A stretch of DNA of 54,840 nt, from assembly GCA_964372635.1 (NCBI GenBank), contig CAYJQW010000008.1, forward strand, positions 1 to 54,840. Direction: 5' to 3'. Each line of letters opens with the position of its first letter. The first letter of the stretch is position 1. This stretch comes from an uncultured Candidatus Saccharibacteria bacterium. GTDB taxonomy: Bacteria > Patescibacteriota > Andersenbacteria > UBA10190. Under the pieces are notes generated by a model. That model was not told the origin of the DNA and did no database searches. It saw nothing but the letters and a program-made list of their open reading frames with translations. This document shows positions 1 through 8,770 of the stretch, in pieces. A program made the position numbers and the translations under genes.

Positions 1-58
1 TGTAAAGAAAAATGTGGTTAAAGATTTTTAAAACTCTTTTGTTAAATAAGGAAAACCT

Positions 59-523
59 ATGCAGTCAAACATTGATGACAACATCGTCAAACAGCTGGTC
101 GCCACTGCCCAACAAGAAGGTGTCCAGAAACTGGTCGTGGGTGCGGTCATCCGTAAAGATGACAAGTTCCTGCTTCTCGAACGACTTCCGTCCGATTTCA
201 TGGGCGGACTCGTCGAGCTTCCGAGCGGCACCGTGGACGCAGGCGAAGACCTGCTCACGGCACTTGTTCGCGAAGTGCAAGAGGAAACTGGGCTTGCTGT
301 CATTTCGGTTATTGCGTATCTCGGCTTGTTTGATTACACGTCCGGCTCTGGCAGGAAGACGAGGCAGTTCAACTTTCTCGTCGAAACCGCACCCGGAGAA
401 GTCAAGCTCAGTCCTACCGAACACCAAGCGTATCACTTCGTTGCACCGATTGACGAAGCGTTTAGAACGCTCAACATCTCGGATGCGGTCAGAGAGGTTC
501 TCAAGATCGCACAACAGCAGTGA
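59..523 (+). CDS. NUDIX hydrolase (MutT-like)
   Basis: Nudix box variant LPSGTVDAGEDLLTALVREVQEETGL; AAGGA upstream of ATG; visibly more GC-rich than the core genes. Confidence 0.92.
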   Translation: MQSNIDDNIVKQLVATAQQEGVQKLVVGAVIRKDDKFLLLERLPSDFMGGLVELPSGTVDAGEDLLTALVREVQEETGLAVISVIAYLGLFDYTSGSGRKTRQFNFLVETAPGEVKLSPTEHQAYHFVAPIDEAFRTLNISDAVREVLKIAQQQ

Positions 524-551
524 TCCGAGGATTCTGTCGGACACCTTACAG

Positions 552-587
552 AGCCCCAGTGGATAATATCCCTGGGGCTTCTTTCTT
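552..587 (+). terminator. Probable intrinsic terminator after the NUDIX gene
   Basis: AGCCCCAG(552-559)/CTGGGGCT(572-579) stem extended by GGAT/ATCC, followed by TCTTTCTT. Confidence 0.55.
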
Positions 588-618
588 GCCCAAAAATCCC
601 CTCCGACATTTTGAGAGA

Positions 619-880
619 GCGGGCAAGGCGTTTCCTCCCCTTGAACCCTTCCACGCCTTGCCCGCGAGCCAGAAGCGAAGCCCCGCCGCCCGCGCATCAG
701 CGCGAAGCCGAGTAGAAAAATTGCCCTTCCTTTTAGAAGAAAAAATGAGGGGCAAAAATCAAAAAATGTAAAGGCAATTTTTCTGCGAGGCAGTGCCGCG
801 CGGCGGCGGGGCGGAGCGATTGGATTTTTTCAGCAATTTTCGGTAAAATAAGTTCGAGCTTTGTTGTATAAATACTCACT
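619..880. mobile_element. Probable right end of an integrated element: GC-rich nested inverted repeats and an att-like junction
   Basis: Perfect IRs: 619-631/653-665 (13 bp), 680-690/802-812 (11 bp), 714-725/773-784 (12 bp); abrupt fall to AT-rich sequence after ~820. Confidence 0.5.
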
Positions 881-921
881 TCTTATAACCAATGTTTCCT
901 GATATTCGTACTTTGACCCTA

Positions 922-954
922 CCCTGCAGAATCTTATCTGCAGGGATTTTTTTT
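922..954 (+). terminator. Rho-independent terminator
   Basis: CCCTGCAGA(922-930)/TCTGCAGGG(937-945) 9-bp stem, then A and a T8 run. Confidence 0.8.
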
Positions 955-1033
955 GCCTGTATGCACCCTTGGGTTATCCAGCTTTATCCCTACTTAAAAA
1001 AGGCGATATAAGTCAGCAGTAGAGTAATTACAG

Positions 1034-1219
1034 CTAGGCCGAAAGCAATGCCTGCTTTGGCATTAACATCTCCCCATATATCTTTCCCTTCTTTGATGCT
1101 GATAGTCCAAGTATACGAAATTTATAGCCAATAGCTAGAGCGGCTGCCCCAAACCATCCGGCGGCTAGGTTAAGCAGAACATCACCAATAGCCATTAGAA
1201 ATTTTGGGTCCATATCCAT
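1034..1219 (-). CDS. Small hydrophobic protein, possibly degenerate
   Basis: MDMDPKFLMAIGDVLLNLAAGWFGAAALAIGYKFR forms one TM-like segment; start uncertain (ORF track extends to 1264). Confidence 0.4.
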   Translation of the reverse strand: MDMDPKFLMAIGDVLLNLAAGWFGAAALAIGYKFRILGLSASKKGKIYGEMLMPKQALLSA

Positions 1220-1307
1220 ACTGAAACTATAGCAAATAGAGGCACAATAAAAACGTCTATACACGACCAGCTTGATACTGCTCTAGAGCTGCGAGATAAT
1301 AAGGTTC

Positions 1308-1718
1308 ATGCGCTACGGTCGTTATGGTCTATCTTATATTATTCTGCGCCTAAGTTTAGGATTGGTATTTATCTGGATTGGCATCGATATGTTCCGACAT
1401 GCTGATTCTTGGATTGGATATTTACCCGAAACTATTCCGCTAGGTATTAGCCGGACCACCGCCCTGCAACTAACAGCCGTGTTTGATACAACCATCGGCT
1501 TACTACTCCTTTTTGGTCATTTTTCTCGACTGGTCTCTTTGTTGATAGTGGTACATCTTACTGGCATCATCGCCATCAATGGTCTTGATCAAGTTCTTAT
1601 TCGTAATGTCGGTCTTCTTGGTAGCGCTCTGGCATTACTGCTGTGGCCATATCATCGGCGGCGACACTGGCTCCCAAGAATATTCACGCGACGTGGAAAT
1701 AGTGAGTATCAGGAATAA
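1308..1718 (+). CDS. DoxX-family membrane protein
   Basis: LRLSLGLVFIWIGIDMF N-terminal DoxX pattern, 4 TM segments, RNVGLLG motif. Confidence 0.8.
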   Translation: MRYGRYGLSYIILRLSLGLVFIWIGIDMFRHADSWIGYLPETIPLGISRTTALQLTAVFDTTIGLLLLFGHFSRLVSLLIVVHLTGIIAINGLDQVLIRNVGLLGSALALLLWPYHRRRHWLPRIFTRRGNSEYQE

Positions 1719-1819
1719 CCAGAAAACATTTCAAAAGCGCAGTCTCCAAACTCCCCAAAAACAGTACAGTCGGTGTTTATGCTTGGGGTAGTTTTGGTAG
1801 TTTGTTTGGATTTTTCTTG
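1719..1819. repeat. CA-rich/GT-rich fold-back element, empty copy A
   Basis: Left arm CCAAACTCCCCAA pairs with right arm TTGGGGTAGTTTTGG; 1734-1763 is 27/30 identical to the reverse complement of 6538-6567. Confidence 0.75.
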
Positions 1820-1858
1820 CCGGCCGTAGCCTGGGCTTAAATCCAAGGCGAAGGCTGG
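1820..1858. repeat. REP-like short palindrome
   Basis: CCGGCC-GTA-GCCTGGG...CCAAGGC-GAA-GGCTGG; same layout as 14981-15010. Confidence 0.6.
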
Positions 1859-1906
1859 TGTTATAGGACTTTGTTCTTTTCTACTAATCGAGGGGTGAAA
1901 CTTTTA

Positions 1907-3196
1907 CTAGTCAAAGTAACCTAGAGGATTTCTCGGCACACCGTTCTGTCTAACTTCAAAATGAACATGCGGTCCAGTAGAACGACCGGTTGAACCCATC
2001 TTGCCAACAGCATCACCACGACTAACAGCTTGACCGCTGCCAACATACATTTTATCTAGATGAGCATAATAGGTTTGTAAACCATTACCATGATTCACAA
2101 TGACCAAATTACCATAGCCGCCAAGCCAGCCTGAGAACTCGACAGTGCCGCCAAGAGCAGCATATACCGACGGACGACTGCGGTTATCTATGTCGATACC
2201 GGTATGCCCCCAGCGAAAGCTCTGAGAAATATGTGTGGTGGTAGTTGGCCATATTAAACCAGTACCTTTAGCCTTGATCGGTTCCGGCGTTGGTCCATCT
2301 GGAGTTCGATCAGCAATCTTCGCATTACGGTCGACAATTCTCGGCGCTGACGTTGGCGCAATCGACCCATCGGGAATAATCAGTTTTTGTCCGATTGACA
2401 ATTTATGACTGTCAGTGAGATTGTTGAAACTTTTAATATCGAGAGCCTCAACATCATAATCTTGCGCAATATCAAGAAGCGTATCACCTGATTTCACTGT
2501 ATGTAAAACACCGGTAATAGGCAGGATGGTAAGATGATCGCCAACCTTAAGAGTATCGCGGGAACTTAAGCCATTAGCCCAGAGTACAGTGTTGGTGCTG
2601 ACATTAAACTTAGCCGCGATACCGACAATAGTGTCGTCATCTTCAACTGTATATATTTTTGATTTTGTGCTCGGCTCAACCGGACTTTCCGAGCCTGGCT
2701 CCGGCACATTAGGCTGCAGTGGTGCCACCACAGCATTGCCACCAAGAGTGGCTGAGAAGATTACCTCAGGATCTTCAAATGTTATGACATCAACGCCTAA
2801 TCCCGCGTCAACGGCGGCCAGCCGTGCCCCACCGATCCCAGGCGCATTAGTTTGAGCATAGGCCGATGGATCCAGTGGTCCTTCAGACACTTCCTCTCCC
2901 GAAACTAGTGTGTAAAGGAGGGAGGTGTGATCTATAGCAGTCATAGAGCGTCCCTGAATAGATACGGTAGCAATTAAGCCAAAAAAGGCCGCATGCATAA
3001 ATAATTGCTTACGCGGCTTAATAATTACCTTGTGATAAAAAGATGACAGCCTTTTAAGACGGTCCAAAACAAACAGCCCACGCCTCGTCCAGAGCGTCTT
3101 ATTACGTATGCCTTTACTCTCATTTTGCTCTAATCCGGTCATATCTGACCGAGGTTGTAATTGACTAGGAATGACTTCCAGCCCTTTCTTACGGAT
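1907..3196 (-). CDS. LysM x2 + M23 peptidoglycan endopeptidase, membrane-anchored
   Basis: Two LysM repeats (YTVEDDDT.., HTVKSGDTL..); M23 motifs HTGID, YAHL, STGPHVHFE. Start placed at an ATC 6 nt after GGAGG (inference; first ATG is 3142). Confidence 0.93.
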   Translation of the reverse strand: MRKKGLEVIPSQLQPRSDMTGLEQNESKGIRNKTLWTRRGLFVLDRLKRLSSFYHKVIIKPRKQLFMHAAFFGLIATVSIQGRSMTAIDHTSLLYTLVSGEEVSEGPLDPSAYAQTNAPGIGGARLAAVDAGLGVDVITFEDPEVIFSATLGGNAVVAPLQPNVPEPGSESPVEPSTKSKIYTVEDDDTIVGIAAKFNVSTNTVLWANGLSSRDTLKVGDHLTILPITGVLHTVKSGDTLLDIAQDYDVEALDIKSFNNLTDSHKLSIGQKLIIPDGSIAPTSAPRIVDRNAKIADRTPDGPTPEPIKAKGTGLIWPTTTTHISQSFRWGHTGIDIDNRSRPSVYAALGGTVEFSGWLGGYGNLVIVNHGNGLQTYYAHLDKMYVGSGQAVSRGDAVGKMGSTGRSTGPHVHFEVRQNGVPRNPLGYFD

Positions 3197-3335
3197 ATGA
3201 CACCTCCTCCCTTAAAACTAGGCTATTGCCACATCCTGATGAAACGTAAAGGTTTATATCGGTTGTGTTTGCTGTATATGCTTATGTAACCCTGATTACT
3301 TTGTCAGGACCAATTGGCATTTGGTACAGAAGAAC

Positions 3336-3363
3336 ATTGTATCGAGGAGAATGGGTGAGTCAA
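3336..3363 (-). promoter_or_regulatory. Sigma70-like promoter for the M23 gene
   Basis: Minus strand TTGACT-16 nt-TACAAT. Confidence 0.5.
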
Positions 3364-3519
3364 TCTTGACGCTTTCTATTATATATTGTGCTAATGACAA
3401 AAATGGTCTGCAGGCTCATAAAACACCCGTTTCCCAGCTCACACGTGTGGACAAATACTATCTGTAATTTGGCGATTTTGATCCTGACTGTCTTCGCATG
3501 AAGTACACTACCCAATACA

Positions 3520-5610
3520 ATGACTGATGCTTTAGCCGACCTAAATGAAGCCCAGAAGTGTGTCGTCAATGCCGTTTCCGGACCAGTTCTTGTCCTAGCT
3601 GGAGCCGGCTCTGGTAAAACACGGGCGCTAACCCATAGAATAGCCTATTTGATCCAGCAAGGATTCGCTCAGCCAGATCAGCTTTTGGCCGTTACCTTCA
3701 CTAATAAAGCGGCTCAGGAAATGCGAGATCGTATTGGGAAATTAATAGGTCGTGAAGCGTCTAATCAAGCCTTAATAAGTACTTTTCACGGTCTTGGGGC
3801 TCGTTTACTTCGTGAGCAGCATAAATACTTGAACCGCAGCGCCAGTTTCTCGATCCTTGATACGACTGATAGTGAACGATTAATAAAAGAAGCTCTTGCA
3901 TCATCAGGTCTATCAGCTCGTGATTGGTCGCCACGTTTTGTTCTTCATTCTATTTCGGCGTTTAAGAATGAGTTTCTCGGACCAAACGATGCCATGCGCG
4001 AGGCCAAAACAGACCAAGCAAATGTCATGGCGGAGACATATAAAGTTTACGAAAGACTTTTACATGAACATGATGCCTACGATTTTGATGATCTACTCAT
4101 TGAACCAGCTAGGCTGTTGCAAAAAAGTCAGGAGGTGCGCCAGTTTTATCAGAGACGATGGCGTTATCTCTCAGTTGACGAATATCAGGACACGAATCCA
4201 GTTCAGAATAGTATCTTACACCTTTTACTAAATAAGGAACACAATTTGTGTGCAGTTGGTGATGATTACCAGGCAATATACTCGTGGCGTGGTGCTAAAG
4301 TGGACCATATATTAAGATTTACGCAGACTTTTCCTAATGCCAAGACAATTTATCTTACCCAAAATTATCGCTCGAGTGGGTCCATTTTAGATGTAGCTAA
4401 CAAAGTTATTTCTGAAAATAAGGAGCAAATGCATAAGGAACTCTGGACAAGCAGTTCAGCTGGCCAACCGGTTTCAATTATGGCTTTGCAATCAGATCAG
4501 GCTGAAGCAGATTGGGTCGCTCAACGAGTCAATGATCACATAGAAAACGGTGGCTCTGCTGGTGACTGGGCTATCCTATATCGAACTAACGCTCAGTCGC
4601 GGGCATTTGAAGAATCCTTAATGAAGCAAGGACTGCCTTATACAATTATTGGCGCCGTCCGTTTCTATGAGAGGGCAGAAGTGAAGGATGCCCTGGCACT
4701 ACTTAACCTCCTTGTAAATCCGAACCATCTACTCGCCTTACAACGACTAGCAAGAGTGTTACTAAGTGGTATTGGTCCGAAGACCGTTGAGGTCTTACGG
4801 AGTGAGAGTAAGAAACGCGGCTTAACCTTGCGACAGATCATGGGAGATCAGTCGATCGTAAGTCCACGACAATACTTAGCCTTTCAACCATTACTTCGAG
4901 CCTATGAAAAGGTTGGCCAAATCCAAGATTATGCCGTCAAGACGGTCCTTGAGACACTTTTGCGCACAAGTGGTTATCACAGCTATTTGAAAAACCTACC
5001 AGATGGGTTAGATCGATTGGCTAATATTGATGAACTCATATCAGTCGCTGCCACTTATAAAGATGTACGCCAATTTGTTGATGACACCACGCTATTAACA
5101 GATCAAGATAACGTTAAAGTAGGCTCTAATACCGTTAAATGTATGACGCTTCATGCGTCTAAAGGGCTTGAGTTCAACAATGTTGTGATCGGCGGTTGTG
5201 AAGAACAACTGTTGCCTCATCATAATAGTCTTGAATCCCCAGCGCAGATTGAGGAAGAGCGTCGTTTACTCTATGTGGGTATGACAAGGGCAAGAAAGGA
5301 ACTCTACATTAGCTATGTCCGTAATCGCTCTCTCCATGGCGAACGTCTGATACAGACACCATCACGTTTTTTAAGCGATCTATCTTCTTCCATCTTAAAG
5401 ATTTCCTTAGATGATACACCAGATCTTTTACCAGATCATTCAACTAAAGATTCAGTTTACTCATCATTTGAAGTCGGTGATCTCATTCATCATCCTGTGT
5501 TCGGCCAAGGCGCTGTTATACAAACCCACGGCAGCCTAATAACGGCTGTTTTCTCGAATTACGGGGTAAAAACCCTCGATGGCACAACACTTGCCTCGGC
5601 TGCTGTTTAG
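3520..5610 (+). CDS. pcrA: ATP-dependent DNA helicase PcrA/UvrD
   Basis: LAGAGSGKT, AVTFTNKAA, VDEYQDTN, QNYRS, LYRTNAQSR, TLHASKGLEF, EEERRLLYVGMTRA, C-terminal Tudor-like HPVFGQG. Confidence 0.97.
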   Translation: MTDALADLNEAQKCVVNAVSGPVLVLAGAGSGKTRALTHRIAYLIQQGFAQPDQLLAVTFTNKAAQEMRDRIGKLIGREASNQALISTFHGLGARLLREQHKYLNRSASFSILDTTDSERLIKEALASSGLSARDWSPRFVLHSISAFKNEFLGPNDAMREAKTDQANVMAETYKVYERLLHEHDAYDFDDLLIEPARLLQKSQEVRQFYQRRWRYLSVDEYQDTNPVQNSILHLLLNKEHNLCAVGDDYQAIYSWRGAKVDHILRFTQTFPNAKTIYLTQNYRSSGSILDVANKVISENKEQMHKELWTSSSAGQPVSIMALQSDQAEADWVAQRVNDHIENGGSAGDWAILYRTNAQSRAFEESLMKQGLPYTIIGAVRFYERAEVKDALALLNLLVNPNHLLALQRLARVLLSGIGPKTVEVLRSESKKRGLTLRQIMGDQSIVSPRQYLAFQPLLRAYEKVGQIQDYAVKTVLETLLRTSGYHSYLKNLPDGLDRLANIDELISVAATYKDVRQFVDDTTLLTDQDNVKVGSNTVKCMTLHASKGLEFNNVVIGGCEEQLLPHHNSLESPAQIEEERRLLYVGMTRARKELYISYVRNRSLHGERLIQTPSRFLSDLSSSILKISLDDTPDLLPDHSTKDSVYSSFEVGDLIHHPVFGQGAVIQTHGSLITAVFSNYGVKTLDGTTLASAAV

Positions 5611-5613
5611 ACT

Positions 5614-6447
5614 ATGACACGGCCATTAACACAAATATCAGTAATTCAAGATCTACTCAAAGCCCATCAGCACATTCCAAAACGCACGTCAGGACAGAAT
5701 TTTTTGGTATGCGAAAGTCCAATCACCAAAACAGTGGAAGAAATTACACAGGGGTCACCCACTGTGACTGAACTTGGCGCCGGCATTGGCACTCTAACCC
5801 AAGCCCTGCTGGCTGCAAATGTTCGTGTCCGGGCAATTGAACGTGATCCGATCCTGGCCTCTATTCTACAGAATGAGTTGGCATCCCAAGACAATCTTGA
5901 TCTCGTCTTAGGTGACATCCGGGATACAGAATGGTCATGGCGTAAAAAACCTTATCAACTTGTCGGTAATATTCCTTACAATTTATCAGGATTTATTCTA
6001 CGACGTTTAACAGAAACTCCTAACCCGCCAGAACAGGCAATATTTATGGTGCAGCAGGAGGTAGGTCAACGGTTGACTGCAACTCCTCCTGATATGAGCT
6101 TACTGTCAGTGGTTGTGCAGCTTTGGGGATCCGCTCGACGTTTGCAAAGAGTTTCCGCTCGGTGTTTTTGGCCACAGCCAAAAGTTGATTCTGAACTCAT
6201 TGCGATTAAATCACACGCCTTATATTCTCGTGCTGAACAAATAAACATAGTTAACTTAGCTAAACCAATATTTCAGTCAAAAAGAAAGCAAATTGCAGGT
6301 ACATTGTCCCGCAAGTTCAACTTGTCACGAGATCAGGTTAGGAAGTTACTCAATATAGCCGGTATTAGGCCAACACAAAGACCGCAGGAATTAAGTCTCT
6401 ATCTTTGGCATAAATTAGTACAAGTGCTGGCAACTGCTAGAAATTAG
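5614..6447 (+). CDS. rsmA: 16S rRNA adenine dimethyltransferase
   Basis: GQNFL, ELGAGIGTLT, VGNIPYN, MVQQEV, FWPQPKVDS. Confidence 0.95.
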   Translation: MTRPLTQISVIQDLLKAHQHIPKRTSGQNFLVCESPITKTVEEITQGSPTVTELGAGIGTLTQALLAANVRVRAIERDPILASILQNELASQDNLDLVLGDIRDTEWSWRKKPYQLVGNIPYNLSGFILRRLTETPNPPEQAIFMVQQEVGQRLTATPPDMSLLSVVVQLWGSARRLQRVSARCFWPQPKVDSELIAIKSHALYSRAEQINIVNLAKPIFQSKRKQIAGTLSRKFNLSRDQVRKLLNIAGIRPTQRPQELSLYLWHKLVQVLATARN

Positions 6448-6627
6448 CACAAATACGAAGAGCTCAAACATTCCAAAACACAGCCTTGAAAGATCAAGCA
6501 AAACACAAACGACTCAAAGCCTAAACAGCGCTGTTTGTGTTTTTGGTGAGTTTGGAGACCGTGCTTTGTTTGGTATTTGTGTTTTTATTGCTTTGTGACT
6601 TTTACTCTTCTATTGAGCTGTCTGTGC
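6447..6627. repeat. CA-rich/GT-rich fold-back element, empty copy B
   Basis: Apex palindrome AAACAGCGCTGTTT (6523-6536); outer pair AGCTCAA(6461-6467)/TTGAGCT(6613-6619); shares motifs with copies A and C. Confidence 0.8.
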
Positions 6628-6716
6628 TTTGGCAATACTTTTGGGAAATACAGATTGGATTTTAGGTCGACGGATCGCGAATTACGAATTACTAATAGCC
6701 AATGTAAGATGAACAC

Positions 6717-8726
6717 ATGTCTAACTTGGCGGCTCTACTAGGAATTTTTACTGCAACCTTTGCTGTTCCATTCTCGAATGCGGCCGAACCAATAAGTATC
6801 GCTCTACCTCAAGATATTGATTATTCGCAATACCTCATTAAAAATGTCGGCGGTAATGATTTTTCTACGGATCCTAGGGAGCCGCGAGTAGCTCAGGCTA
6901 TAGTTGCCGCCGAGAGTTTGCAGATTTTTTTGGTCAATACAAATCCTTGTGTCGAAAACGGCGCGGTTGCCGCTTATCGTTTAATTGTTCGTAATGCCGG
7001 TGAAGCAATTGCCCGAGATGTCAGCGTAACAGTTGATATACCACTCGAGCTCACCTATATCACATCGTCTGAAAATCCACCGACTAGCGAATTTATTCAA
7101 GGTGAGAAAATATTAACGTGGCGGCTGGAGCAACTTCAGGCGGGCCACAACGCGCGTCATGAATTTAATTTATCCTTCACTATAAATCGGCCAGCTGATT
7201 CGATAAAACTCGATGCCCGCGTCCAGAATCGAGCCGGGCGGGCGCTGACTAGCCAGCTAATATCAGGCCGCTGCGATGATCCACCAAACTTTGTCGGTCG
7301 TAAAATTCCGCCAAAGCAGCCGGCGATAATTTGTGATCCATCTGAGGCCGGCTGTACACAGATTCTACCTAACCTCGGTGTTAATTTTAGCCGGTCCCAA
7401 GACCCGGTGAGACAACCAGTGATTTGCTCACCGAATGACCCGGATGCCTGCACACCAAATCGACCTAATTTAGGGCTTAGATTCGCAGAAGCCATTGCCG
7501 ATATTGTCCCCGGAGAGTGCCGCGTGCTCGAAGATGACGTTATTGCGACTCCAGAATTTCATGACGCCCTCAATCGTCTAGGACGTCCGGCCGCACCATT
7601 TATATTACCCCTCTACAATTCAGGACAAGATTTCATTCGACTCGTTCATGAAAATCAGTTATTAGGCCTGACCAATGTAATTGCCGTTAGAAAAAAACTG
7701 AGTACGATTCATCGTCTAAATTGGCAAGAACAGGTGCAATTTGTCCAAAGTGTTGTCAAAGGAGGAAATAAAGCTGAGGCCTATGAAGAGCAAGCCACTC
7801 GTTGGAAATCACGCTTAACTCAAGCTCAAGCTGACCTGCGCCGACAATATCAGGCCATGCAAGACAAGCGCCGGGAAAAGTTTGATCCTATTGCTAATCA
7901 AGCCGTAGCCAATGCACGAGAGGCGATCACCAATGCTTGTGGTGAGGCTACAGACGCTGGCCTGCGTGGCCTCATACCACCAGTAAAATTAGCCTACGAC
8001 ACAAACCTTTCTCGTCGAGAAAATGATTTCACAAGCACACAAGTAGGAGCTGTCGGAGCCTATGCCGCTGAGATAGATCGTCTCGGCCGTGCCTTGAAAG
8101 CAGCCGGCAGCAACCAAAAGTTACTTGAAGACCACTTGCGAGCAGTCCAAAGACTTGAAGAGGCTACTTTTGAAAAATTAATGTTGCCGTATAGACAACA
8201 CAAGGATGTCGATGAAAGGACTGATGACGAAGTACGTCTCAATCAATGGGAAATTGCTCTCGATACACCAAAACAAAAAGCTGCCGACTGTCAGAAAGAA
8301 ATAGATTTTGGTCCAAGAGTTGAGACAACATGGTGTGAATCAAGTGATCATCCGGAGTTTATCCTGCAATCGGCGCTAGACGCCCCAACTCGCACTGACG
8401 TGTCTCCCCCTGAACTGATTGGCGTTAATCCGAGAGATCTGTTTTCCTCAGCGGCCTACAATGCTTCAATTGATGAGCAACGTGTGGTTGGTAATGCCTG
8501 CACCGGCGCACCGGGAGACCCAACCTGGGCATTTAATTGCTCTTGTGGTTGCGGTCAATTGATACCGGACGTTGTCGATGGTCGCATTCGCTTTTGCCAA
8601 AATGCTGCCGGGATTCAGTTAAGAATTGTCCGACATGACACATTTCAGGATATTGCCCAGTGTGTGCGAGAAACCGACCGGCATACTCTGCCTGGGCCAA
8701 ACGATTCTAAAGAAATTCGTTTTTAA
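6717..8726 (+). CDS. Secreted protein: DUF11-like Ig domain, Cys repeats, helical region
   Basis: Signal peptide; YRLIVRNAGEAIARDVSVTVDIPLELTYITS (DUF11-like); tandem Cys repeat; Cys-rich C-terminus. Confidence 0.7.
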   Translation: MSNLAALLGIFTATFAVPFSNAAEPISIALPQDIDYSQYLIKNVGGNDFSTDPREPRVAQAIVAAESLQIFLVNTNPCVENGAVAAYRLIVRNAGEAIARDVSVTVDIPLELTYITSSENPPTSEFIQGEKILTWRLEQLQAGHNARHEFNLSFTINRPADSIKLDARVQNRAGRALTSQLISGRCDDPPNFVGRKIPPKQPAIICDPSEAGCTQILPNLGVNFSRSQDPVRQPVICSPNDPDACTPNRPNLGLRFAEAIADIVPGECRVLEDDVIATPEFHDALNRLGRPAAPFILPLYNSGQDFIRLVHENQLLGLTNVIAVRKKLSTIHRLNWQEQVQFVQSVVKGGNKAEAYEEQATRWKSRLTQAQADLRRQYQAMQDKRREKFDPIANQAVANAREAITNACGEATDAGLRGLIPPVKLAYDTNLSRRENDFTSTQVGAVGAYAAEIDRLGRALKAAGSNQKLLEDHLRAVQRLEEATFEKLMLPYRQHKDVDERTDDEVRLNQWEIALDTPKQKAADCQKEIDFGPRVETTWCESSDHPEFILQSALDAPTRTDVSPPELIGVNPRDLFSSAAYNASIDEQRVVGNACTGAPGDPTWAFNCSCGCGQLIPDVVDGRIRFCQNAAGIQLRIVRHDTFQDIAQCVRETDRHTLPGPNDSKEIRF

Positions 8727-8770
8727 AGAGTAAACACCGATTATTAATTGATATACAGTACACTGGTCTT

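Noticed and set aside
12..771. ORFs 12..566, 28..303, 65..697, 433..654, 520..771 and 546..755
   Set aside because: Alternative-frame or antisense shadows of the NUDIX gene and of the stop-poor GC-rich hairpin block; no recognisable motifs.
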